From IMG/VR virus record IMGVR_UViG_3300009499_000172: a stretch of DNA of 32,253 nt. One strand, written 5' to 3'. The position numbers and the translations under genes are program-made. The first letter of the stretch is position 1; every line of letters begins with the position of its first letter. This document shows, one piece after another, positions 9,029-17,491 of this stretch. The notes under the pieces are model-generated. The model was given only the letters and a program-made list of their open reading frames with translations. It was not told the origin of the DNA and made no database searches. The stretch is from a virus.

Positions 9029-9235
9029 TCACTCCTCAGAGTAGTCGAATAGCTCATCCCTGAAGGCTATCGCAGGGTCGCCCGTTCTCAACACCTGCAC
9101 ACGATACTGCTCACGTGCAGACGGTGATTTGAGACCATCCCTCGGAAGCGCCATGACCTTCACAAAATCATTGACGCGCTCTCCAGTCTCATCATCGACA
9201 TGGACCCAAACAAGCTGCTGACCGACAGAAAACAT
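9029..9235 (-). CDS. hypothetical protein
   Basis: 68-aa ORF with GGAG about 6 nt upstream of the ATG. Confidence 0.35.
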   Translation of the reverse strand: MFSVGQQLVWVHVDDETGERVNDFVKVMALPRDGLKSPSAREQYRVQVLRTGDPAIAFRDELFDYSEE

Positions 9236-9275
9236 ACGTTCTCCATAATCACGAGGAGTGATTCCAATTCATTGA

Positions 9276-9303
9276 ATTATCAAGGGTATAATACCATGTT
9301 CAA
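9276..9303 (-). promoter_or_regulatory. candidate sigma70-like promoter (TTGAAC-N16-GATAAT) for gene 9029..9235
   Basis: Minus strand TTGAACATGGTATTATACCCTTGATAAT. It overlaps a half-copy of the repeated element (CATGTTCAACGTG, plus 9295-9307). Confidence 0.3.
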
Positions 9304-9322
9304 CGTGTTTAAGTGCAACACA

Positions 9323-9360
9323 AATCAACGTCGTTATCCACATGTTCAACGTGATGTGTA
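9323..9360 (-). repeat. 38-nt conserved intergenic element, copy A
   Basis: Plus strand aatcaacgtcgttatccacatgttcaacgtgatgtgta. It ends immediately 3' of the stop of ORF 9361..9606. Confidence 0.6.
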
Positions 9361-9606
9361 TCATCGCCGAAAGATTAATCTGATGCTTGCATCACCGACG
9401 TGCCCAACGACGTTCCATCCGATGGCGATGAAATGTTCGACGATGATTGTGCATCGTGCAGAGTCGAGTGGAAGCACAAGCACCCTTCCATCGATGAGCT
9501 CGTTCGGTGCCCATGTTGTCTCAAGCCATGCAGTCGCATCAGACACGATAGAAGACATCGACGGTCTCATAGTTGGATACAACGCATCCATCTCTTCTGG
9601 TGTCAT
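9361..9606 (-). CDS. hypothetical protein
   Basis: 81-aa ORF. Confidence 0.3.
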   Translation of the reverse strand: MTPEEMDALYPTMRPSMSSIVSDATAWLETTWAPNELIDGRVLVLPLDSARCTIIVEHFIAIGWNVVGHVGDASIRLIFRR

Positions 9607-9866
9607 TGCTCTTTCTTCTTTGTCCTGCGCTTCATGTCGATGTAAAGCCTATCAGTCTGCTGCTTTGAACCGATGACGACGAATGACACGTATCCGCTGT
9701 TGACGAGCGTACGCTGCACAAGCCTGCTTGTGAGAGGTGAGCCACCCGTGAAATCGAACGAAACGAATGATTCGTTCTTCGCTGTCGCCTCACGGATGCG
9801 GTCTGGGATGGTGCGAACGATTTTCATCGCATCTTCACTCGGGTCTTCATCAAGCAACCTAGACAT
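9603..9866 (-). CDS. hypothetical protein
   Basis: 87-aa ORF. Confidence 0.3.
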   Translation of the reverse strand: MSRLLDEDPSEDAMKIVRTIPDRIREATAKNESFVSFDFTGGSPLTSRLVQRTLVNSGYVSFVVIGSKQQTDRLYIDMKRRTKKKEQ

Positions 9867-10137
9867 CGTCTATCCTTCTAACAATATCCAGGTTGCTTGA
9901 GTACGTAATCGCCCTCGACGTGTCAAACAGAACGATGACGAGGTCATGGTTTATTGTCGGGTCGCCGTCGATGATGATGCCGAGCTTGTTCTTTGAGATT
10001 GGTGCAGTGCTAGATGAATAGTCTGCTGCCAACAACGGCGTCTCATGTGTGCTTGAGTCGATATGAGCATGGCCCACAACAATGAGTGGAGCAATCGCTT
10101 GTACAAGGTCTCCGCTTGAAAATGCCACCATGTTCAT
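9859..10137 (-). CDS. hypothetical protein
   Basis: 92-aa ORF. Confidence 0.3.
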   Translation of the reverse strand: MNMVAFSSGDLVQAIAPLIVVGHAHIDSSTHETPLLAADYSSSTAPISKNKLGIIIDGDPTINHDLVIVLFDTSRAITYSSNLDIVRRIDDV

Positions 10138-10172
10138 AATAATGCATCAGGGTCGGTATCGTCAATGTGAGA

Positions 10173-10586
10173 CTAATCTTCTTTAAGCTCTAAAGGTTCA
10201 AATGCATCCCAATCGAATGTTAGTGCATCTCCACAGATGATGTTGTGTTCAACAATCTTCACCCATTGTTCATTTCTTTCTTCATTGGAGCTTTCTTCTG
10301 CTTGTTTTAAGAGCCTTTCACGACATTCATCGATATTGTCTTGCATGATGTCAATACCGAATGTGGTGTTGAGGGCCTGTGTGGGTGTTAGGCCGGCTTC
10401 TATCTTTCGCTTGATGGCTTCGACAAGAAAGTTACCGTTGCCACAGCCTGTAATGTCGCCGATTGTCCATGTTGCGTCTGACCAATATGCACAAGGCCAC
10501 ATGTCTAGCATTTGGTGAACTATTCTTATGGGAGTAAAAACTTCACCAAGTTGAAATGCACGAAGTTTTGTTCTCATGTAAACCAT
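10173..10586 (-). pseudogene. truncated N6-adenine MTase-like ORF (motifs X, I, II, III only; no NPPY/F motif IV)
   Basis: GEVFTPIRIV (motif X), DITGCGNGNFLVEA (motif I), FGIDIMQD (motif II) and GDALTFDW (motif III), then a stop. Nothing downstream supplies the catalytic motif IV. It overlaps the upstream MTase stop by 13 nt. Confidence 0.45.
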
Positions 10587-11950
10587 TCTTTCATTTGCAT
10601 TTCTCGCTCATCAACGTCGTCAGACAATAGATGAGATATATCAGGAATTACACCATGTAAAGTAGTGATTGGTCTAACACCTTGATGAAATGCAACAATT
10701 AGTTTCTTAATGATACTATGCTTAATAAACCACTCATGTTTTTCAACATTACGAACAGCAACAACAAAAACTCTACCTCCACCCACGTCTAAACAAGCAC
10801 AATTATCAATTTTTTCACTATAAATTAGTTCTTGAAACGGTACTTTTTCTCTTTTGCCCATAAAACCGTGATATAATACAACACTTTGATATCCTTCATT
10901 TCGTTTTTTTGATAGAAAATTTTCAAATTTTTTATTATGTTTACATTTTTTTTGCTCTAAGACAAACATAGTTGTACCACTTCCACCATCCCACAAAATA
11001 TGCTTATCTTCAACATTAAGAATGTCTTTCTTATTTCGAAATTCACGAGCTTGTTTTTGAGTCTTGTATGAAACACATAAAGATGTACATTCACTAGTTT
11101 CGATTTTTTTTGGGTCAAACAATTCGATTGCACCGTACTTGTTGACTAACAACGCAGCTTTTTCTTGAATCACAACATCTAGTGTGTTATCTAAACACAA
11201 CAACCCATCAATAATGGGTCTTTCTTTATTATTAAGTAAATACTTTGTTGCTATTTGCCCATTCTTTTTAAGAGAAAGTGTCAATATCTCAACATCAATA
11301 CCTTTCCACTCTGGAGGTCGCTGAATTATGTTAATTTTAATTGAATCACCAGCTTCAGCTATTACTTTTTTCCTAAGAGCTGAGCTAGCATTCATAGCCC
11401 AATTTCTAGGCATTAGTTGCACCAACATCCCAGAGTTAGATAAGCTATCTATAGCCTTAATTATAAATTCTTCATAAAGATTTTCTTTACCAGAAATAGA
11501 AAATGGTGGATTTCCAGCAACAATGTCATACTTCACACTATCATTATAACTCAAAAAGTCCTGTTTGATTATAATGTTTTCGACGTCAATATCGACAAGC
11601 TTTGCTAGAGTATATAGTGCTTGCCGTGCACGATGTAGCTGTGCTTCATCGACATCAAACCCACGTATTCTAGCAAAACATTTGCTAAGTCTTTTTTTAT
11701 CATCTGGAATGGCGTGTCGCATCCCATAGTACATCCGTCGTACTGCCTCAAGTAAGAAACCACCCGAACCACAAGTTGGATCAAGCAGCGTTTTAGACGG
11801 ATTGCACCAAAAATTTCTCTCTATTCTCATCATCTTTCTGATAATATAGAGTGGTGTGGTGGTATCAGTACTATCTGAGAATTGCTGCTCTCTGAATAAA
11901 GATGCACTCTTAATCTTTTGATGGACCCGAAAATGATCTTGATAGTTCAT
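10574..11950 (-). CDS. N6-adenine DNA methyltransferase, gamma class (Eco57I/TaqI-like), with C-terminal target-recognition region
   Basis: Motif X TTPLYIIRKMM, motif I LLDPTCGSGGFLLEA, motif IV DIVAGNPPF. The gene is very AT-rich (local GC about 30-35% versus about 45-50% in the flanks). ATGA overlap with the upstream helicase gene. Confidence 0.85.
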   Translation of the reverse strand: MNYQDHFRVHQKIKSASLFREQQFSDSTDTTTPLYIIRKMMRIERNFWCNPSKTLLDPTCGSGGFLLEAVRRMYYGMRHAIPDDKKRLSKCFARIRGFDVDEAQLHRARQALYTLAKLVDIDVENIIIKQDFLSYNDSVKYDIVAGNPPFSISGKENLYEEFIIKAIDSLSNSGMLVQLMPRNWAMNASSALRKKVIAEAGDSIKINIIQRPPEWKGIDVEILTLSLKKNGQIATKYLLNNKERPIIDGLLCLDNTLDVVIQEKAALLVNKYGAIELFDPKKIETSECTSLCVSYKTQKQAREFRNKKDILNVEDKHILWDGGSGTTMFVLEQKKCKHNKKFENFLSKKRNEGYQSVVLYHGFMGKREKVPFQELIYSEKIDNCACLDVGGGRVFVVAVRNVEKHEWFIKHSIIKKLIVAFHQGVRPITTLHGVIPDISHLLSDDVDEREMQMKEWFT

Positions 11951-14421
11951 TTATCCCGCGCATCCCGCGCATTGATCTGGCTGTTGATCTCATCAATTCG
12001 CTTCTGCAATGCACTTTTGACGATGAAGTTATTCTCTATCCACTTCTTAAAGATCAAATATTGGCACTTCGTCATCGTCTCAAACAGCTTCTGGTGTTCT
12101 GGTGATATATCGATGAAGTCACGAACATAATGAATGGTGACACGTTTATAGGTACAACCAATGAATTGGGGAAGACGTCTCAAGACATCTTTCGCCTTCT
12201 TAATCAATTCATTAATCCTTATTTTCTCAGCTGCTTTTTCATCAAATGACTGAATTATTCCAGCTACACGCTCATTTGATTTACCTGTCTCAACACCATT
12301 ACATGCGATAGAAAGCTCTCTGGATTTTGGGGCTGTTTTCTTCGAAGCTGCAGGCAGATTATCTGATGTATCTAATATCTGTAATGCATTTTTCTCATTG
12401 AACTCTGAACTAGATACTGATTGTAGCGTTTTGCCATTTTTACAAGAACTAACATGACCTTGAGCAAGTGTTTTCATATCCTTCTCAGACAAAGGCTGGA
12501 GTTCGAAACTTGAACCGCTAGCATTTATGAGATTTAGACAACTCATGAGCTTAACGCACTTACCTTCAGTGCTTTGATCAGAGGCCTTGGTGTAACGAGC
12601 AAGGTCAAAACAGACTTTGATATTTCTCTCAGGGTGCAAATCGATGATGAGCCTCTTGCTATCTTTTCTGTTCGACTTACCCGGTGACATCGCCCTAAAC
12701 CAAACCTGGACGTTCTTTTCAGCAGTCATGACTGACCATGCTACGATGACACATGTGAGGTTCCAGAATGTCGCTCCCAATCCGTACCTACCGCAGGTTA
12801 AGATAATCGTCGTTTTATCATAATGCTCATTATATCGCAGTTTGTAGTTAACATCGTCGATAGATGGACAATCGCTGCCCGCGACCGAGAGACATTCAAC
12901 ATTTGGTATATTGTCCTCTAGCAAAGCCTTCATCGCCTTACATTGTGCGACCTCATCGAGTGTAATCAATATTGTTTTATGTTTCTGTAACTCTTTCCCT
13001 AATGTCCAGACGTCTCTGGAAGGTCTCAGAAGTCTCAGAGGTTCAGGCTCACTGCTTTTGCCAAAAAGACGCATAAACAGTTTTTTGATGTCATCCGAAT
13101 GCTCAAACACATCGTCGTTCTTCTTCATGACGAAGAACTTCTGCAATGAAAAATGACCCTCGTCGTCAAAGCGATTATGTGCTTCAACAAGTTCGTTAGT
13201 GAATTTGCATGTTACAAGAGTAGATTTATCATAGAGTTTATCCTGACGTGCAGCTTCAATATCATACTCATACTTCTCGCTTGTATTCTTGTCAAATGTA
13301 GCAATCTCCCTAAAGTTTGTACCTGATGAATGGATGATAAAGGGAGGGCTTTCTCGTTCTTCTAGAGACTTAATTAGACCAGCGATGTTAGTGTACGCAT
13401 CCTCATCATCTATCTTATCGATCCCGATATGGCTTTCGTCGGCGATCACAACTTCTGAGTTATAATCATGCGTGATATATTCCTGAATATCAAGAGATGC
13501 ATCTGCCTTCTGTCCTGACACAAAAAGCAGGACACGTAATCCTTTGCTTTCTGCTAAACGAACATCTTCCTTTACATCATCAAGTGACTTACCAGCTGCC
13601 TTTATGAACGCATATCCAGACTCTTCTGCATCACGCTTCCATGATGCCTCAATGCTTGTCGGAACAACAGCAATGACCAACAACCTCTTGACCCCCGAAC
13701 TCGATGCAAAGACTAAACATACTAGTGTCTTACCTGATTGTGGTACAACGCATAAAATGAATTTTTTTTTACTTCCGTTGTACGCTTGTCGCATCTTTTC
13801 GAGAGCAGACTTCTGCCATTCACGTAATTTTAGGTGCTCTTTGACTTTAGCACTACACAATTTTGAATATGCATAAGCTTTTGCTTGCTCGACCATAAGG
13901 TCTTGTAAGCGATCGAAACCATATGCATGTGATTTCTCTTTATCGATTAAGAGTGAATATGGAAAGAAAGTACGCAACTGTTCTGTACCAGCTTTATTGT
14001 AGTCTTCAGTGTTAGAACGATTTTCTTGTTCTCTGATAAGAAAACAACCATTCTTCTTAAGATGTTCGATGAATGGCTTATCGGGGTTACTACATGATTT
14101 AGCATCTTTTGCGATCTTTTTAGGAAAAAGAAAAATTCCAATTGCTTTACCACCCGGTGAAGCTGTGTGATAATTCTTAAATCTTTTGTGCACGTTTTCA
14201 GACATGCCTACCTTAAAATCTACAGCAAGCTTATCATCGGTGCTAGCCGCTGACTTAAAGTCATTAACGTCGGCACGGGCATAAATTACATCATGTGTTT
14301 CATATATTGAAGACCCTTCTTTAACTAAATCCCATCCTTTGCTCCATTCGAGCTCTTCACACGATCCATCCTCATTGAAACGAAGAAATAGTGGGTTTGT
14401 GTCAAAAATTTGTTCATTCAT
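11947..14421 (-). CDS. SF2 helicase/ATPase with N-terminal GIY-YIG-like (T5orf172/MUG113-type) domain; putative restriction-like nuclease-helicase
   Basis: N-terminal region KVGMSENVHKRFKNYHTASP...EQLRTFFPYS resembles the T5orf172 domain. Walker A VVPQSGKT, Walker B/DExH VVIADESH, SGT-like motif IIHSSGTNF. Translationally coupled to the MTase. Confidence 0.65.
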   Translation of the reverse strand: MNEQIFDTNPLFLRFNEDGSCEELEWSKGWDLVKEGSSIYETHDVIYARADVNDFKSAASTDDKLAVDFKVGMSENVHKRFKNYHTASPGGKAIGIFLFPKKIAKDAKSCSNPDKPFIEHLKKNGCFLIREQENRSNTEDYNKAGTEQLRTFFPYSLLIDKEKSHAYGFDRLQDLMVEQAKAYAYSKLCSAKVKEHLKLREWQKSALEKMRQAYNGSKKKFILCVVPQSGKTLVCLVFASSSGVKRLLVIAVVPTSIEASWKRDAEESGYAFIKAAGKSLDDVKEDVRLAESKGLRVLLFVSGQKADASLDIQEYITHDYNSEVVIADESHIGIDKIDDEDAYTNIAGLIKSLEERESPPFIIHSSGTNFREIATFDKNTSEKYEYDIEAARQDKLYDKSTLVTCKFTNELVEAHNRFDDEGHFSLQKFFVMKKNDDVFEHSDDIKKLFMRLFGKSSEPEPLRLLRPSRDVWTLGKELQKHKTILITLDEVAQCKAMKALLEDNIPNVECLSVAGSDCPSIDDVNYKLRYNEHYDKTTIILTCGRYGLGATFWNLTCVIVAWSVMTAEKNVQVWFRAMSPGKSNRKDSKRLIIDLHPERNIKVCFDLARYTKASDQSTEGKCVKLMSCLNLINASGSSFELQPLSEKDMKTLAQGHVSSCKNGKTLQSVSSSEFNEKNALQILDTSDNLPAASKKTAPKSRELSIACNGVETGKSNERVAGIIQSFDEKAAEKIRINELIKKAKDVLRRLPQFIGCTYKRVTIHYVRDFIDISPEHQKLFETMTKCQYLIFKKWIENNFIVKSALQKRIDEINSQINARDARDK

Positions 14422-14451
14422 AGCTTTATTTCTTAAGTTCTACACAGACAG

Positions 14452-14489
14452 ATGAAAGAGATGACATCAGAAGACATCATCTCTTTCAT
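14452..14489. repeat. perfect 13-bp inverted repeat (ATGAAAGAGATGA / TCATCTCTTTCAT) with 12-nt loop
   Basis: Read directly from the sequence. It lies in the 88-nt spacer between the RadA-like gene and the AT-rich helicase-MTase island. No flanking U-tract on either strand. Confidence 0.7.
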
Positions 14490-14509
14490 AACCGACAAGA
14501 CTTAATAGC

Positions 14510-15382
14510 TCATTCCTCGTTCAAAGAGCCCTCTTCCTTCATCCCATCATCCCACATTGACAAAATGTGGCATTGACCCCCATAACCGTAGCGGTTCTTA
14601 CGCGTCGCAATCAACCGCATTCCCTTCGTTTCACTCTTGTCCTTACCATCGACGTGCATGTGAAGCCATACGTCGGTCTCGTGCAGAAGCTTGTTCGCAC
14701 CCGCGATGTCTCCGTTCTTATTGACCTGGCCGATGACGATTGCAGAGTCGAACGTCTTCTTGCAGTGGTCGTTGATGAGCTTCATCGAACGAAACGGCGT
14801 CTGCCCGTTCGTGAAACCGTCTGCGTACCGACCGTCGTCTGTCGTCTGGAGGCTGTCCTGGATGATGACGAGGTGCTTGTCTGGGAATTTCTTCTTAAGC
14901 GTTCGAGCATGGCCGAGGAGGCTTCGACGTGCTCCCGTCTTCACCTGGTGCCTGACAGAGAAGTGGAGGTCGGGCGACTCATCATCAACGAGAGTGTCCT
15001 GTCCGACGAAGAACGTCGGGTTCTTCTTAAAGAGACGCTCACAGACGAGGCGCGTCTGGAACAGAGATTCCTCACCACCGTTGAAGAGAACCATGCAATC
15101 ATTGCGTGAATGCAACGCGTTCGCTATCTGCAGCAGAAGCGTCGACTTACCCGAACCTGGCGTTCCAGAGAACAACGTCATCGTTGATGGAGTGATTCCT
15201 TGGCCACCGTAGAGGTTTGTGACGAACCTCAGTCTAGGAGCTCTGATGTCGTCGTGGAATGCATACCTCTGACGAAGTTTCTCAGGCACGCTAATCTGGT
15301 CGATTGACGTGCAGTGCTCAACATTATCGATTCTAACGCTCATTTTATTCCTTCTTTTCTGACTGGTCGATTGCATCTGCAA
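14510..15382 (-). CDS. RecA-superfamily ATPase, RadA/Sms-core-like (possible phage Sak4-type recombination protein)
   Basis: GGQGITPSTMTLFSGTPGSGKSTLLLQIA (RadA GG.G..PGS..L..G.PG.GKSTLLLQ), Walker B LVIIQDSLQT, and IVIGQVNKNGDIAGANKLLHETDVWLHMHVDG (RadA HVTKEG.IAGPRVLEH.VDTVLYFEG). No Zn-finger or Lon domain. Confidence 0.7.
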   Translation of the reverse strand: MQMQSTSQKRRNKMSVRIDNVEHCTSIDQISVPEKLRQRYAFHDDIRAPRLRFVTNLYGGQGITPSTMTLFSGTPGSGKSTLLLQIANALHSRNDCMVLFNGGEESLFQTRLVCERLFKKNPTFFVGQDTLVDDESPDLHFSVRHQVKTGARRSLLGHARTLKKKFPDKHLVIIQDSLQTTDDGRYADGFTNGQTPFRSMKLINDHCKKTFDSAIVIGQVNKNGDIAGANKLLHETDVWLHMHVDGKDKSETKGMRLIATRKNRYGYGGQCHILSMWDDGMKEEGSLNEE

Positions 15383-15734
15383 GCCGTGCGATGACGCTCA
15401 CAGATGCAGGGTTGATGAAGACGATGTTTGTGCCGAACATGAATGCATACTTCAGATGTTGTGTTGTTCCGTTTGGAGCACGCCTGTCATAGAGTGACAG
15501 ATACTGCGTACCGATGAATATCCCTGCAAGAGCATCAAAAAGACGATAACCATCCTTAGAGGCGCTCTTGTTTGAAGATGAAGAGTAGTCTGTCTCCGCG
15601 ACAAGATGCTCTTTGTGCGTCATCACATCAACGACATTCATCGTATAAAGCGAATGCACCAGGCACACTGCATCTCCTACTCTAATGGGTTCACGAACTG
15701 ATGACGGCTGTTTCACTGGGACATGTTTAACCAT
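15345..15734 (-). CDS. hypothetical protein
   Basis: 129-aa ORF. Confidence 0.35.
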   Translation of the reverse strand: MVKHVPVKQPSSVREPIRVGDAVCLVHSLYTMNVVDVMTHKEHLVAETDYSSSSNKSASKDGYRLFDALAGIFIGTQYLSLYDRRAPNGTTQHLKYAFMFGTNIVFINPASVSVIARLADAIDQSEKKE

Positions 15735-15791
15735 CAGTGACCACTATAACACGACATCATGATTGAAAACACAACTGATATCTACAACAAA

Positions 15792-15839
15792 TTTTGGTTG
15801 GTATGACACATGTTTTATGATGCATCATACCAACCAAAA
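15792..15839 (-). terminator. candidate intrinsic terminator: 15-bp perfect stem (TTTTGGTTGGTATGA / TCATACCAACCAAAA), 18-nt loop, then UUUGUUGU on the minus strand
   Basis: It sits 10 nt downstream of the TGA (15849-15851) of the secreted delta-60 protein gene, the last gene of the MVP transcription unit. Confidence 0.5.
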
Positions 15840-15848
15840 CATCACTCA

Positions 15849-17393
15849 TCAGTTGTGGTGTCCGCTACCACCGATGAACAGCTCATTGATCGAGTTCGTT
15901 ACAACGAGTAGGTTGTCAATGGCCGGATTTGTGCAACCGGTGATTGGAAACAGCCTGACTCCGTTCGAGCCCCACGTTGTATCAACAGCACCCGTCGTCA
16001 AAAAACGTTGCGTTCTAACGCTTCCCGTCAAAAGACCGGCCGGGTCCTGCATCACAACAACGGGCTTACCGTTCGTAAGCACGACAGCATCAGCGATGAG
16101 AGCCCTATCTGTGGTCAGCATGTTATCAACAAGCACGAGTCCATTTGAGCCGAACGTCGTGTCGAACGTCCCATTAGAGTTGAATGCAACGATAAATCCA
16201 CGAGGAGCACGCAGAAGAGGCGTCGCAGCAGCGCTGTTAGCGACGGTGCCGACCACATAAAACCCACCAGCAGTACCCTTACGAAGGATTTTCGTCACCT
16301 TGATGGCATCAAAGATGCCGGTATCACCGTCGGTCGACAGCAATGAATTGATGGCCGGCCAGGCTAACAATCCACCATTAACGACCTTAAGCGAACCAGA
16401 ATCAGCAACACGCATGACCATCAACGACATTCCGTTTCGACCACCAATCTGTGATGACTTAAACTCAGCCTGGCCCGCAATCAGGTAGCCTGCACCGGTG
16501 ATGGGAAGCCCGGTCTGTGAGGTGTCAGTCAACACCGTCAATGTATGAGCCCTTTCACTCACTGGCAAGCTCTGTCCAAATGGAACAGCATCTCTGTCTG
16601 TGAGAAACATCGAGTTAAACGTCACATCATCCGCGTAGTTTGTATTCGTAAACGTATTCTCAATCTTCGTACGTTGTAGATACGTCTTGAATCGAGGATT
16701 GGGAATCTGACACACACCTGTGCACGTGTTGATGCTATGACCAAGCGCGACGATGTTTCCAAATGACCGAAACGGAACAAACGTTGGACCGACAGTGACA
16801 GGGTCATTATAGAGCCCGTCAGATGTGTACGTCATGTTTGACCCACCCGTAACAATCGGATTCGGCAACGTCCGCGTGTTAACAACACTAAATGTACACA
16901 TACCGGTTGCATTCGATTGGTCGAACGTACGACTGATGACCTGGTTCGCTGTTGGAGGTTGGTCAATGAACGGCAAGCCGAGTGTATGCACGATAATTGG
17001 ACCATAATTGTAGCTTGAGTTATTAACAAACGCAACCTGACCGACGTCAGTGTATGCTTGTGGAGGAGTATTATATGCTGTACACTGCAATGTGACGCCT
17101 CCCGTCGTCCATGTGCGCCTGTTAAGCGACGTGTGATTAATGCTAGCCTGTTGCTCATCACAGGAAGCCCAGATGCGATTATCAACGGCGTCAAAGATTT
17201 GAGATCGCATTGGAGCATAAGTACCAGCGATGTTCCACCCAGTCACCTCTGACCCGGCGGAAGAGATTCTCTTCTCAAATAGAGTCGGCGTTGATAACCA
17301 TGTCGAACAATCAATCGCATGCGCAGGAAATGCAGCACACGTAGAAACGCAGATGACGACCATCAACAAAATACGAAACATATCTTTTAACAT
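15849..17393 (-). CDS. secreted protein with C-terminal delta-60 (beta-propeller-type) repeats
   Basis: Likely start MLKDMFRILLMVVICVSTCAAFPAHA (signal peptide; AAGGAG 5 nt upstream of the ATG at 17391-17393). The ORF track extends to 17492. Repeats such as NSNGTFDTTFGSNGLVLVDN and GAVDTTWGSNGVRLFP match the delta-60 repeat signature. Confidence 0.55.
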   Translation of the reverse strand: MLKDMFRILLMVVICVSTCAAFPAHAIDCSTWLSTPTLFEKRISSAGSEVTGWNIAGTYAPMRSQIFDAVDNRIWASCDEQQASINHTSLNRRTWTTGGVTLQCTAYNTPPQAYTDVGQVAFVNNSSYNYGPIIVHTLGLPFIDQPPTANQVISRTFDQSNATGMCTFSVVNTRTLPNPIVTGGSNMTYTSDGLYNDPVTVGPTFVPFRSFGNIVALGHSINTCTGVCQIPNPRFKTYLQRTKIENTFTNTNYADDVTFNSMFLTDRDAVPFGQSLPVSERAHTLTVLTDTSQTGLPITGAGYLIAGQAEFKSSQIGGRNGMSLMVMRVADSGSLKVVNGGLLAWPAINSLLSTDGDTGIFDAIKVTKILRKGTAGGFYVVGTVANSAAATPLLRAPRGFIVAFNSNGTFDTTFGSNGLVLVDNMLTTDRALIADAVVLTNGKPVVVMQDPAGLLTGSVRTQRFLTTGAVDTTWGSNGVRLFPITGCTNPAIDNLLVVTNSINELFIGGSGHHN

Positions 17394-17435
17394 AAAACTC
17401 CTTATCACGCATAGGCGTGACATTAAACAACATGT

Positions 17436-17473
17436 GGGCGGGCACACAATGCAACATGCACAATGCGCCCGCC
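17436..17473 (-). terminator. candidate attenuator/partial terminator: all-GC 7-bp stem (GGCGGGC / GCCCGCC) followed by a U-rich stretch
   Basis: It lies 20-60 nt downstream of the MVP stop on the minus strand. The RNA reads ...GGCGGGCGC-loop-GCCCGCCCACAUGUUGUUUAAUGU, before the RBS of the downstream gene. Confidence 0.35.
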
Positions 17474-17491
17474 AACATGCACCATCATGCA

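Noticed and set aside
10173-10586. The 137-aa ORF as an active second methyltransferase
   Set aside because: It stops before catalytic motif IV (NPPY/F), and no downstream frame supplies that motif. I annotated it as a truncated remnant.
11947-14421. The 824-aa ATPase as a terminase large subunit
   Set aside because: Its DExH Walker B and SGT-like motif III fit an SF2 helicase better than a terminase ATPase. The nuclease-like domain is N-terminal rather than C-terminal, and the gene is ATGA-coupled to an MTase inside an AT-rich island.
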